Notes: generated by a model not told the origin, from the sequence alone. 64,000 nt of DNA from an uncultured Pseudomonadota bacterium (GCA_949292375.1 CASEZG010000003.1:5510-69509); one strand, 5' to 3'; counted from the first letter of the stretch, positions 38,283-46,858 are shown. Made by a program: numbers and translations.

Positions 38283-38708
38283 ATGGATAGCGAAATCATT
38301 CTTCCTCCCGACTATAAACCTTCAGCTGATGAAGAGTATATGAACGAATATCAGATTGAGTATTTTCGTCAAAAACTTTTGAGCTGGAAAAAATCTCTTC
38401 TGGAACAATCCAAGGACACATTGGAAGATTTACGTCAGGGTGGCCTAAACCAGCCGGACCAGTTGGATAGAGCATCATTAGAGACGGACAAGGCTCTGGA
38501 CCTACGTACCAAAGACCGCGCGCGTAAGCTGATTTCAAAGATTAATGATGCCTTAAAGCGGATTGAAGACGGTGTATACGGTTATTGTGAAGAAACCGGT
38601 GAGCCGATTGGTATCGAACGTCTGGAAGCTCGTCCTGTGGCCACACTTTCAATTGAGGCACAGGAACGCCACGAAAGAATGGAAAAAACTTACGACGACG
38701 AAGCCTAA
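38283..38708 (+). CDS. dksA: RNA polymerase-binding factor DksA (Cys-poor variant)
   Basis: Coiled-coil with DxxDxA tip (DQLDRASLE) and YGYCEETGEPIGIERLEARP. Only 1 of the 4 Zn-finger Cys is retained. Confidence 0.9.
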   Translation: MDSEIILPPDYKPSADEEYMNEYQIEYFRQKLLSWKKSLLEQSKDTLEDLRQGGLNQPDQLDRASLETDKALDLRTKDRARKLISKINDALKRIEDGVYGYCEETGEPIGIERLEARPVATLSIEAQERHERMEKTYDDEA

Positions 38709-38711
38709 GCG

Positions 38712-39290
38712 ATGATACAGCCGCAAGAAAAAGACTTCATTCTGGCTTCCGGCTCTCCGCAACGCCGCGAACTTTTGGCTCAAATGGGGTTTATTCCCAA
38801 ACAAATTCGTCCGGCAGATATTGACGAGAGCGAGAAAAAATACGAAACAGCCACCGCCTATGTAAAGCGGATGGCCTTAGAAAAAGCCCGCCGTATTGCT
38901 GGGCTTTTTCCGCAAGAAAATATTTTAGCCTGCGACACGGTTGTTGTTGTCGGAGCCGCAATTTTGCACAAAGCCCGCAGTGAAGAAGAACAAACCAAGG
39001 TTATGGAAAAACTCTCAGGCAAGGCGCATCGGGTCATCAGCTCTGTTTGCGTCATAGCCAAGGATGGGAGGGTTGCTCAACGCACCGTTTCGACCCGTAT
39101 CTTGATGAAAAAGCTCACGCCGACAGAGATTAAGGCTTATGTTGAAAGCCACAACTGGGAAGGAGCTTGCGGTTATAAAATTGAAGATATGGATTGCTAT
39201 GTCAAAAAAATAATCGGTTCTTACTCAGGCGTCATCGGTTTGCCTTTATATGAAACCAGAAACTTGTTGAATGGGATAGGTATAAAATGA
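38712..39290 (+). CDS. maf: Maf-family nucleoside triphosphate pyrophosphatase
   Basis: LASGSPQRRELL N-terminus and GAYGIQ-like CGYKIED motif. Confidence 0.92.
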   Translation: MIQPQEKDFILASGSPQRRELLAQMGFIPKQIRPADIDESEKKYETATAYVKRMALEKARRIAGLFPQENILACDTVVVVGAAILHKARSEEEQTKVMEKLSGKAHRVISSVCVIAKDGRVAQRTVSTRILMKKLTPTEIKAYVESHNWEGACGYKIEDMDCYVKKIIGSYSGVIGLPLYETRNLLNGIGIK

Positions 39291-40456
39291 ATACAGATGT
39301 AATCGTTTATGAAAAAAAGAATAATCTGACCCGTATTGCCATGCTCGGCGCAGGCGAGTTGCAAGAGATTGAGTTTGTCAAAGAAAATCAAGCAGCGGAA
39401 GGCAACATCTATCTGGGCAAGATAACCCATAAGCTGGATTTGGCGCATGATAAGGTCGGCTTTTTTGTAGATATTGCCGATGGTAAAGATGCCTTTCTGA
39501 ATGCTGAGGAAGCAGGACTGAATGAAGCTAATATGACGGAAGGCCAAAGTCTGGTCGTTCAGGTCGCACAAGAGCAACGCGCCGAGAAGGGGGCAAAGGT
39601 TGTCCGCTCCATTCAGATTGTCGGACCGCATTTGGTCTATTGTCCCTATCGTTTGCATGTAGAGGCATCTCCGCGCATTGAAGATAAAGAGAAATTGGCA
39701 GAATATAAGGAAAAAGTATTGGAAAATACCACAGGTCAGGAAGGTTGGATTCTGCGCACTTCTTCGGTAGAAGTTCCGTTCGAGATTTTAGCCGAGGAGA
39801 TGAAAAGCCTGCGTGAGATTTATGAGAATGTCCGCATCAAAGCCCGCAACGCCAAGGCTCCAGCTTTGTTATATGCCAAAGCAGATCCTCTGGCAGAATA
39901 TATTATGCGCTCACAGCCGGCTTTGACCAAGGTTGTAGTGAACAATCATAATGTTGAAAATGAGCTAAAGGAAGCTTTTAAAGGCGAGTTTGCAGTAGAA
40001 TATATGGCAGAGCCTTTTGCTGAATATGGTTTGGAAGAGGCGATTTCTGAGGCCTTGCAAAAGACGGTTCGCTTAAAGAGCGGCGGACGTATTCACATTG
40101 AGGAGACCAGAGCTTGCGTTGCCATAGATGTAGACAGTGGTGATGACAAGTCTAACGGCTCCATCACAAGGTTAAATTCTGAGGCCGCAGTAGAAATCGC
40201 ACGCCAAATTCGCCTGCGCAATTTATCAGGTAAGATTATTGTAGATTTTGCCGGTTCTTCGGAATACAAGTTTTTGAAGCCGGTTATTGAGGAGTTGGAA
40301 AATGCTTTGGCGGAAGACCCGCATCGTGCAAGGGTTTTGGGCTTGAGCCGTGGCGGCAATGTAGAGATTCAGCGCGTTCGCCGTCGTCCGACCCTTTCAG
40401 ATGTCTTGACCACCGAATGTGAAACTTGTCAGGGCACGGGGAGGGTTGCCAAATGA
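39287..40456 (+). CDS. rng: Short RNase E/G-family ribonuclease
   Basis: S1-like N-terminus (GNIYLGKIT..GFFVDI), a DNase-I-like site (ACVAIDVDSG) and a C-terminal CETCQGTG Zn-link. Fits the maf-rng-yacG synteny. Confidence 0.85.
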   Translation: MNTDVIVYEKKNNLTRIAMLGAGELQEIEFVKENQAAEGNIYLGKITHKLDLAHDKVGFFVDIADGKDAFLNAEEAGLNEANMTEGQSLVVQVAQEQRAEKGAKVVRSIQIVGPHLVYCPYRLHVEASPRIEDKEKLAEYKEKVLENTTGQEGWILRTSSVEVPFEILAEEMKSLREIYENVRIKARNAKAPALLYAKADPLAEYIMRSQPALTKVVVNNHNVENELKEAFKGEFAVEYMAEPFAEYGLEEAISEALQKTVRLKSGGRIHIEETRACVAIDVDSGDDKSNGSITRLNSEAAVEIARQIRLRNLSGKIIVDFAGSSEYKFLKPVIEELENALAEDPHRARVLGLSRGGNVEIQRVRRRPTLSDVLTTECETCQGTGRVAK

Positions 40457-40668
40457 GCGAAGTCATAAAAACTTATCGCTGCCCCATATGCAAAAAAATC
40501 GCTCCTGCGGGAAAATATAAACCCTTTTGCTCCAAACGCTGTGCAGATATAGACTTAGGCAATTGGTTTAATGAGTGTTACCGCATTCCGGCAGAGGAGC
40601 TGGACGAAGAGGACTATGAGGAGCTTGAAAAAGAGCTTGAAAAACAAAAAGCAGATACGGAAGAATAA
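40453..40668 (+). CDS. yacG: DNA gyrase inhibitor YacG (zinc finger)
   Basis: CPICKK..FCSKRCADIDLGNWF signature. ATGA overlap with the rng stop. Confidence 0.85.
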   Translation: MSEVIKTYRCPICKKIAPAGKYKPFCSKRCADIDLGNWFNECYRIPAEELDEEDYEELEKELEKQKADTEE

Positions 40669-40669
40669 C

Positions 40670-40701
40670 AAAAACCCCTCGCATAACCGCGAGGGGTTTT
40701 T
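40670..40701. terminator. Bidirectional terminator (yacG / ankyrin gene)
   Basis: CCCCTCGC-ataacc-GCGAGGGG stem flanked by an A-run and a T-run. Confidence 0.85.
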
Positions 40702-40708
40702 GTTGATA

Positions 40709-41374
40709 CTACAGTAAATCGTAAATATTTTTTTTGCTCTTAAGTATATTTCGTATCTCATTAATATCGCCATCAGAACAAAAGCCTTGATTTATTAGAG
40801 CATCTAAAACTCTATTATCAGTTTTTTTTGTGTCAGCATATTTAATGGCGCGGGCAAAATAAACATAATTAGACTTATTTTGTTCTCCGATTAAAATTTT
40901 ATCAGATGGAATCATCATAATAATTTCGGGTTGGTCAGTAGCAATAGCAAGATCTGTTATTGTCATTCCCTTAGCTAAGACATCAAGATTAGCTCCTTTT
41001 TCTATCAAAAATTTGGCAATTTCAGGTTTTTTAATGAATATGGCCAACTGGAGCGGCGTATTTCCGCCATGGAGCGGACTATCAATATCAATATTGTTTT
41101 TTAAGAAAAAATCTATGACGTCAATCGGGTTTGGCGCATTAATTAAAGCTGCTTCAAAATGGTTAGTTTTATAATAAAAATCACTTTTAGTAATATTCAT
41201 TGGATTATAACCATTTTCTAGCATATCAGACATTGTTTGAATATCGCCGTTATCTGCGGCTTGATTAAATTTCCACCAAGACCAATAAGAAATGTTAAAA
41301 ACGAGATTAGCCAAAAGCCAAACAATAAAACAGCCGCCCAGAATAAGTCCGAAATATTTGAAAAACTTTTTCAT
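40709..41374 (-). CDS. Membrane-anchored ankyrin-repeat protein (221 aa)
   Basis: N-terminal signal anchor MKKFFKYFGLILGGCFIVWLLANLVF. ANK repeats (GGNTPLQLAIFIKKPEIAKFLIEKGANLDV). Confidence 0.8.
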   Translation of the reverse strand: MKKFFKYFGLILGGCFIVWLLANLVFNISYWSWWKFNQAADNGDIQTMSDMLENGYNPMNITKSDFYYKTNHFEAALINAPNPIDVIDFFLKNNIDIDSPLHGGNTPLQLAIFIKKPEIAKFLIEKGANLDVLAKGMTITDLAIATDQPEIIMMIPSDKILIGEQNKSNYVYFARAIKYADTKKTDNRVLDALINQGFCSDGDINEIRNILKSKKNIYDLL

Positions 41375-41440
41375 AGAAGATACTCCGTCATCTCAAAGAT
41401 AGCTGTATTTTAGCCAAATCAAGATAATATTTGGTTAAAA
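41333..41440 (-). repeat. 108-bp repeat copy 1 (5' coding end plus upstream region of the ankyrin gene)
   Basis: Identical to 42710-42817 except one base (G/A at 41379/42756). It covers codons 1-14 (MKKFFKYFGLILGG), the Shine-Dalgarno and a promoter-like TTGATT..TATCTT containing the CCAAAT-N9-ATTTGG dyad. Confidence 0.95.
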
Positions 41441-41441
41441 C

Positions 41442-42224
41442 TCAGACTGATGTTTTAATAGATTTTGCCAAGGGCTCATAACCATTTTCAACCAAATATT
41501 TTCTTGTCTGAAAAGTGGTTTTAGGACCGAGTTTTCCATCAATATCAAGAGGGGGAATAGCTCCTAGAATATTCAAACTTTTTTGTAAAGCTTTAACTCC
41601 ATCATTGGATGAATTGTTGTCAATAAGAGTCAGTTGTTCAGACAAATTTTGCAGACTATTTTCTATTGTATTACCATCTTTTGCTAACAGGGGCTTTTTA
41701 TGTTGAGAACTGAGCTTAGTATTTGTTGTAATCTGCCTTCCTGTAGCATCTCTTTTAACGGGAGCTGTTCCGTAAATATTGTTGTACCAAGAAGAAATTT
41801 TATCATTTATCTGTTTTCCTAAGGAAACATCATCATTATCAAACATAGCAAATTTCTTAGCTTTAAGAATATCATCACTGTCAAGATTCTGAATAGGATT
41901 TAATAAAATATCCAGTTCAGGACGATAGTTTTGAGTAAAACTATTCATATATTCTTTGCTCCGCTCAGAATGTTGTTCTTTAAATAAATTTTCCTTATTA
42001 TCAGGACTCTTATTAGGAAATGGAGAATTTTTGAGTCCATTAGGAAAAAAATTATTTTCATATTTTTTTCCTATTTCATAAACTTTTTCTTCATTTAAAG
42101 GGTCAGACATTATAACATTAGACCATTCATCGTCAATATTATTACTTTCTAGAGATTTTTTTAAAATATTCCCCAAACGTGTTTGATAGAATTTTTGTTT
42201 TAAATATTCTTTTAAGTTACTCAT
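41442..42224 (-). CDS. Leaderless hypothetical protein with C-terminal peptidoglycan-binding (PG_binding_1-like) motif
   Basis: GGGAGA Shine-Dalgarno before ATG 42224. No signal peptide. The N-terminal ~190 aa are Asn/Lys-rich with no recognisable motif. The C-terminus GVKALQKSLNILG..IDGKLGPKTTFQTRKYL fits PG_binding_1. Confidence 0.65.
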   Translation of the reverse strand: MSNLKEYLKQKFYQTRLGNILKKSLESNNIDDEWSNVIMSDPLNEEKVYEIGKKYENNFFPNGLKNSPFPNKSPDNKENLFKEQHSERSKEYMNSFTQNYRPELDILLNPIQNLDSDDILKAKKFAMFDNDDVSLGKQINDKISSWYNNIYGTAPVKRDATGRQITTNTKLSSQHKKPLLAKDGNTIENSLQNLSEQLTLIDNNSSNDGVKALQKSLNILGAIPPLDIDGKLGPKTTFQTRKYLVENGYEPLAKSIKTSV

Positions 42225-42241
42225 TTTGATTTCTCCCAAAA

Positions 42242-42266
42242 TAAAAAGGGGCTGAAGTCAGCCCCT
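42242..42266 (-). terminator. Intrinsic terminator/attenuator between ank154 and the PG-binding gene
   Basis: On the - strand: GGGGCTG-actt-CAGCCCC followed by TTTTTAT. Only about 18 nt separate it from the next Shine-Dalgarno. Confidence 0.7.
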
Positions 42267-42286
42267 TTCAAAAAATTATGATAAAA

Positions 42287-42751
42287 TTATTGATATTGCT
42301 CAATTGCTTTAATAATCTCTGAATTATCTGTGATACGAGCAATATCAAGTAGTGTTTTATTGTTTATTTTATAAGATGCATCTGTACCATATTCTAAAAG
42401 AAGTTTTATAATATCTGCACGTTCTTCCATAATAGCATGATGTATAGGCAGAAGTCCGTTTTTACTTTTAAAATTAACATCAGCACCATGATTGAGCATA
42501 AACTTAATTGTGTTATAATCACTTTTTGCGTAGGATATTGCCGCCAGTAAAGGAGAAACACGCATAAAGCTTTGATTAATATCAAATCCTTGATTTAAGA
42601 TTTCTTGCATTTGCAAAATATCATTTTTTTCAGCTGCTTCCACAAAATTTCCCCAGTCGCTGTAAATATAATAAAAAATATTCCATATCAAAACAACAGC
42701 CACAATTAAGCCGCCCAGAATAAGTCCGAAATATTTGAAAAACTTTTTCAT
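42287..42751 (-). CDS. Membrane-anchored ankyrin-repeat protein (154 aa)
   Basis: Same first 14 aa as the 221-aa paralog, then a diverged TM. ANK repeats (NGLLPIHHAIMEERADIIKLLLEYGTDA). Confidence 0.8.
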   Translation of the reverse strand: MKKFFKYFGLILGGLIVAVVLIWNIFYYIYSDWGNFVEAAEKNDILQMQEILNQGFDINQSFMRVSPLLAAISYAKSDYNTIKFMLNHGADVNFKSKNGLLPIHHAIMEERADIIKLLLEYGTDASYKINNKTLLDIARITDNSEIIKAIEQYQ

Positions 42752-42817
42752 AGAAAATACTCCGTCATCTCAAAGATAGCTGTATTTTAGCCAAATCAAG
42801 ATAATATTTGGTTAAAA
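42710..42817 (-). repeat. 108-bp repeat copy 2
   Basis: See copy 1. 107/108 identical while the rest of the two genes is strongly diverged. Confidence 0.95.
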
Positions 42818-42843
42818 AAACCGCCTGATAAAGGCGGTTTTTA
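42818..42843. terminator. Bidirectional terminator after ftsI
   Basis: ACCGCCT-gataa-AGGCGGT stem. T7 follows on the - strand. Confidence 0.85.
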
Positions 42844-42921
42844 AATACACTAAGAGCAAGTGACAAAAGAATAATATCAAAAATTTTTCAAATTGTCAAG
42901 GATTATATTCCTAAAATATCC

Positions 42922-44670
42922 TTACCTTCCGTAAGAAGCCTCAATAATCCGATTCCGTCTTTGTTCATCAAGGTCATAATTAGCCTTAATATTCAGTTGC
43001 GGTGCGATGGTTGAAATAATCTTTCCGGCAGTCGGAACCGTATTCCAACCGGAAGTAACAAAGCCCCAAGTATCTTTGGTTGCTTTAGGCTCATCCATCA
43101 TCAGGAATAAGGCATATTGCGGATTTGAGGCCGGAAAAGTAGCCAAGAAAGAGGTCATAACTTTTTTGTTAATATATTTGCCGTCTACCAGTTTGTTGGC
43201 TGTTCCGGTCTTGCCGGCAACTTCATAACCCAAAACATTGGCGCGTTTGCCGGAACCTTCCACAACAACACCGCGAAGCAATTGGCGCATTTCTTTAGAT
43301 GTATTGAAGGAAACGACACGATGGCTCAATGTGTTTTTGTTGTCCTTTATAAGTGTCGGTTCATGATAAATTCCGCCGTTGATAACACCGGCAAAAGCAC
43401 TGATTAAGTGTAATGGCGTAACCGAAATGCCGTATCCGTAGCCAATTGTTGCTGTTGTTTCTTCGCCCCAGCGTTTCGGTACAAGAGGGTAGCCTCTTTC
43501 TGCTACTTCAATACTTTTGATTGGTTCGAAGAAACCAAGATTTTTTAGGAAGTTTTGCTGCTCTTTTTTGCCAACTTTCAAAGCAATTTGGGCTGAGCCG
43601 ATGTTAGAGGAATAAATCAAGACTTCTTGCAAAGTCAGCCACCGATTTTCGCCGCGATAATCCTTGATGGTGTTATAGCGGAGTTTTAAGGGCTTGGTTG
43701 CGTCAAAACTATCAGCCATTTTAACTTTTCCGCTTTCCAAACCAAGCGCGGCATTAAAAATCTTCAAAACCGACCCCGGTTCATAAACGCCTTTTGTCGC
43801 AAAATTAAATTGTGCGCGCGGTATTTTATAATTATTAAGATTCGGGTCATAGTCAGGCAGGGAAATCATAGAGATAATTTCACCATTCTTAACATCCATG
43901 AGGATCGCGGCGGCACCATCGGCATTAAATTTTTCAACAGCAGCAGCGAGTTCGTTACGAATAGTATCCTGAATACCGGCATCAATGGTCAGCTGCAGCG
44001 GAATGTCTGATTCTGTTAAGCGATCATCAAGTTTCTTTTCAAGGCCGGATATTCCCTTGTTATCAATATTTGTGTTACCCAAGATATGAGCAAAGAGGTT
44101 TTTATGCGGATAAATGCGTTTTTCTCCGTCTTCAAAATCCAGCCCCGGAATACCCAGATAATTAATTTGATATTGTTGAGAAGGGGAAAGGTTGCGTTTG
44201 ATATAAACAAAACTGCCTCTGCGTTGGAGCTTTGATAAAATATCTTCATAACGCATATCAGGAAAAATACGGCTTAATTCGGCGGCAGCTTTTTTAGCGT
44301 TAAGAATTTTTCTGGGGTTGGCATAAAGGTTAACTGTGGGGAGAGATGTGGCAATAATTGTGCCATTGCGGTCAAGAATATCGGCACGTTTAATAGGGTT
44401 TGCGGCATAGGCGCGAATAGTGTCGGACTCATCGGCGGTTTGGGTTTCTGTGTTGTTGGGTGTAATGCAGACATTAAACAATCTGATGCCGATAACCGCA
44501 TATACCAACAAAAACATCAAGGTAGCAAAAGCGACACGATTCTTGCAGGTGGAAAGAGGGTCTTTCTCACAGGTATAGTTATTAAAAGAAAAACTCTTAT
44601 CAATCTTAATTTCCTGACCTGGAAGATAAAAATTTTTCTCCTCGCGGCCGGAAAAATACTTTCCCCACAT
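42922..44670 (-). CDS. ftsI: Peptidoglycan D,D-transpeptidase FtsI (PBP3)
   Basis: 582 aa with N-terminal TM, a PBP dimerisation domain, SxxK (GSVLK), SSN and KTGT motifs. dcw position. Confidence 0.95.
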   Translation of the reverse strand: MWGKYFSGREEKNFYLPGQEIKIDKSFSFNNYTCEKDPLSTCKNRVAFATLMFLLVYAVIGIRLFNVCITPNNTETQTADESDTIRAYAANPIKRADILDRNGTIIATSLPTVNLYANPRKILNAKKAAAELSRIFPDMRYEDILSKLQRRGSFVYIKRNLSPSQQYQINYLGIPGLDFEDGEKRIYPHKNLFAHILGNTNIDNKGISGLEKKLDDRLTESDIPLQLTIDAGIQDTIRNELAAAVEKFNADGAAAILMDVKNGEIISMISLPDYDPNLNNYKIPRAQFNFATKGVYEPGSVLKIFNAALGLESGKVKMADSFDATKPLKLRYNTIKDYRGENRWLTLQEVLIYSSNIGSAQIALKVGKKEQQNFLKNLGFFEPIKSIEVAERGYPLVPKRWGEETTATIGYGYGISVTPLHLISAFAGVINGGIYHEPTLIKDNKNTLSHRVVSFNTSKEMRQLLRGVVVEGSGKRANVLGYEVAGKTGTANKLVDGKYINKKVMTSFLATFPASNPQYALFLMMDEPKATKDTWGFVTSGWNTVPTAGKIISTIAPQLNIKANYDLDEQRRNRIIEASYGR

Positions 44671-44699
44671 ATTCTCGCTTCTGCCTTACTATAATTTAA

Positions 44700-45086
44700 T
44701 TATCGTTGAGCCTTAACCAGACGTTTAAGTTGTCTGTTTTTCTCAGCCTGATTACTGATGTTTTTACGAGCCAACAGCTTTCTACCTGATTCGCCCGATT
44801 CATAATTAAATGGTAACGCAGAATAGTTAATAATTTGTTCAGCCTTGAGCTGATTTAGTGCAATATGTTTGGTTGCCAAAGAACGAAGTCTTGCCGGATT
44901 ATTCAAATGGCTCCATTCTGCCTTAAGAATATGAATAGTTTTGACGTCTTCTTCGATGTTGTGATTAATGCTGGCAAGCTCCTTTTCCAGATTCTGTACC
45001 TGATTTTTCATCACGAACATTCCGAAACCAACCAAGCATGTAAGGGCAACCCAAAGTCCTAACGTTGCTGTTTTTGTACTATTCAT
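44700..45086 (-). CDS. ftsL: Cell division protein FtsL (alphaproteobacterial type)
   Basis: 128 aa bitopic protein with TM plus coiled coil, located between rsmH and ftsI. Confidence 0.7.
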   Translation of the reverse strand: MNSTKTATLGLWVALTCLVGFGMFVMKNQVQNLEKELASINHNIEEDVKTIHILKAEWSHLNNPARLRSLATKHIALNQLKAEQIINYSALPFNYESGESGRKLLARKNISNQAEKNRQLKRLVKAQR

Positions 45087-45124
45087 TGTCGCATTCCTTT
45101 CCTAGGTAAGCGGGTTAAAAATTA

Positions 45125-46045
45125 CTACTTTTTGACGGCGCAGCGCAACTTTGCCGAACGTGCTCTTTTGTTGCTTTCCATCTCTTCTTGACTTGGAGCA
45201 ATCGCTTTGGAGCATTCAGCGAGGCATGCGCTGTCATCTTTGGGCAAAACCTCCGGCATATAACGAGACACGCCGGCATTTTTGCCGCTTTGTTCTTTAA
45301 AAAAGCATTTGACAATTCTGTCTTCCAACGAGTGGAAAGTAACTACGACCAAGCGGCCGCGAGAGGAAAGAATGTCAACGGCGCCTTTCAAACCGTTTTC
45401 GAGCTCCTCTAGCTCATTATTGACCACAATCCGCAGAGCCTGAAAAGTTCTGGTTGCCGGATCAATATTGTTGTTAGGGGTTTTATGAATAACTTTGTAG
45501 ATAATTTCAGCCAATCCTTTAGTTGTTTCAATCGGCTTAAGACGGCGATATTCTGCTATTTTTGCCGCAATCTGGCGAGACTTGCGCTCTTCGCCGTATT
45601 TGTAAATCAAATCAGCCAATTCTTTTTCAGATGTTTCGTTGACGATATCTGTGGCCGAGCGACCGGAACAAGACATCCGCATATCAAGCGGTGCATCTTT
45701 AGAGAAGGAGAAGCCTCTTTGCGCCTCATCCAACTGCATAGATGATACGCCGATATCAAAAACCGCACCGTTAATCGGCTGAGCAATAAGATCTTTGATA
45801 TTGCCGAAAGTCCCTTGTCTGAACTCAAAGCGAGAGCCGAATTTTTGTTTGAGCTCTTCAACTCTGGGCAAAACCGTCGGGTCACGGTCAATGGCGATAA
45901 CTTTACAATCGGCGGAGTTCAAAATAGCTTCGGTATAACCGCCGTTGCCAAAAGTTGCGTCAACATAAACCTCACCGTCTTTGGGAGATAAGTACTGCAA
46001 AACTTCTTTCAGCATAACCGGAATATGTTTGGGCTGACTGCTCAT
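45125..46045 (-). CDS. rsmH: 16S rRNA (cytosine1402-N4)-methyltransferase RsmH
   Basis: HIPVMLKEVL.., DATFGNGGY, DLGVSS-like (FDIGVSSMQLD) motifs. Confidence 0.96.
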   Translation of the reverse strand: MSSQPKHIPVMLKEVLQYLSPKDGEVYVDATFGNGGYTEAILNSADCKVIAIDRDPTVLPRVEELKQKFGSRFEFRQGTFGNIKDLIAQPINGAVFDIGVSSMQLDEAQRGFSFSKDAPLDMRMSCSGRSATDIVNETSEKELADLIYKYGEERKSRQIAAKIAEYRRLKPIETTKGLAEIIYKVIHKTPNNNIDPATRTFQALRIVVNNELEELENGLKGAVDILSSRGRLVVVTFHSLEDRIVKCFFKEQSGKNAGVSRYMPEVLPKDDSACLAECSKAIAPSQEEMESNKRARSAKLRCAVKK

Positions 46046-46491
46046 TATTCGCCCTCCGTTTTGCGGGTGAGGGTAGGTCTGTTTTTCAAGGCCTCAGCCC
46101 GAATGCGTGCTTCTTCTTTTTCCCAGTTTTCAGGGTTCCAAATCTGGAATTTGCGCCCTTTGCCGACAAATACGGCTGTATCGGTGATGCTAGCGTGTTT
46201 AAGCAGCTTTTCGGTGAGCATAATGCGACCGGTTGAATCGAAGGTGAATCTTTTGGCATCTCCGAAAATAAGGTTTGTAAGGTTATCTTGGGTTTCGGAG
46301 AAAAAGTCCGTAGCGTTTTCAATCTCTGTGGCAAGCTTGTCCAACAGTTCTTCGGTGCAGCCCTCAATGCAGGGAGCAGTAAGGCTGCGGTAGCAAACAA
46401 TCTCGGTTGATAATTCTTTAACGATTGCGCGATAGTCTGAAGGCAAGGAAACGCGCCCTTTGGCGTCCACCTTGTTAAAAATCGTATCCAT
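46045..46491 (-). CDS. mraZ: Transcriptional regulator MraZ
   Basis: Two SpoVT/AbrB-like repeats with DAKGRVSLP and DSTGRIML. Start placed at ATG 46491 (MDTIFNKVDAKGR). Confidence 0.93.
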   Translation of the reverse strand: MDTIFNKVDAKGRVSLPSDYRAIVKELSTEIVCYRSLTAPCIEGCTEELLDKLATEIENATDFFSETQDNLTNLIFGDAKRFTFDSTGRIMLTEKLLKHASITDTAVFVGKGRKFQIWNPENWEKEEARIRAEALKNRPTLTRKTEGE

Positions 46492-46550
46492 AAAGAGAAA
46501 AGTTTTTCTCAATTTTAGAATCCTTCAAACCCATTAACCCTATACCTTAT

Positions 46551-46584
46551 GGTATATCATGGGTTTTTATGGGTTTCAATGGGA
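46551..46584 (-). promoter_or_regulatory. Candidate dcw promoter overlapping three TGGGN direct repeats (MraZ-box-like)
   Basis: + strand TGGGT (46560), TGGGT (46570) and TGGGA (46580) have exact 10-bp spacing. On the - strand TTGAAA-N17-TATACC (46579-46551) overlaps them. Confidence 0.55.
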
Positions 46585-46858
46585 AAATTTAGTATTTTGT
46601 TAACTGTTCATGTTTTGTTCTGAGCGAAATTATTACGATTCTCGCCAATCTGGCTCTGGGCTTGGTGTAGGGAAAAATAATTTTTTTGGGATAAAAAATA
46701 ACAATTTTTTTGCCCTTGTTTAAATCTAAATTTCTGTTGATTTTGTCTATTTACACCCCTTGGAAAATATGATATTCTGGCAACTGTTAAAATATTAAAT
46801 GTATCTTGCTTGAGGATGGGCTCTTAAGTGTAGATGAACTAAACGCCCGATTATAATT

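Noticed and set aside
42885-42915. Motif TTGTCAAGGATTATATTCCTA downstream of ftsI, which resembles TTGTCAAGGATAAAATTCCTA at 57121.
   Set aside because: This is only two copies of a ~21-nt AT-rich similarity (about 19/21) with no consistent position relative to genes. I could not exclude chance, so it is noted but not called as a repeat family.
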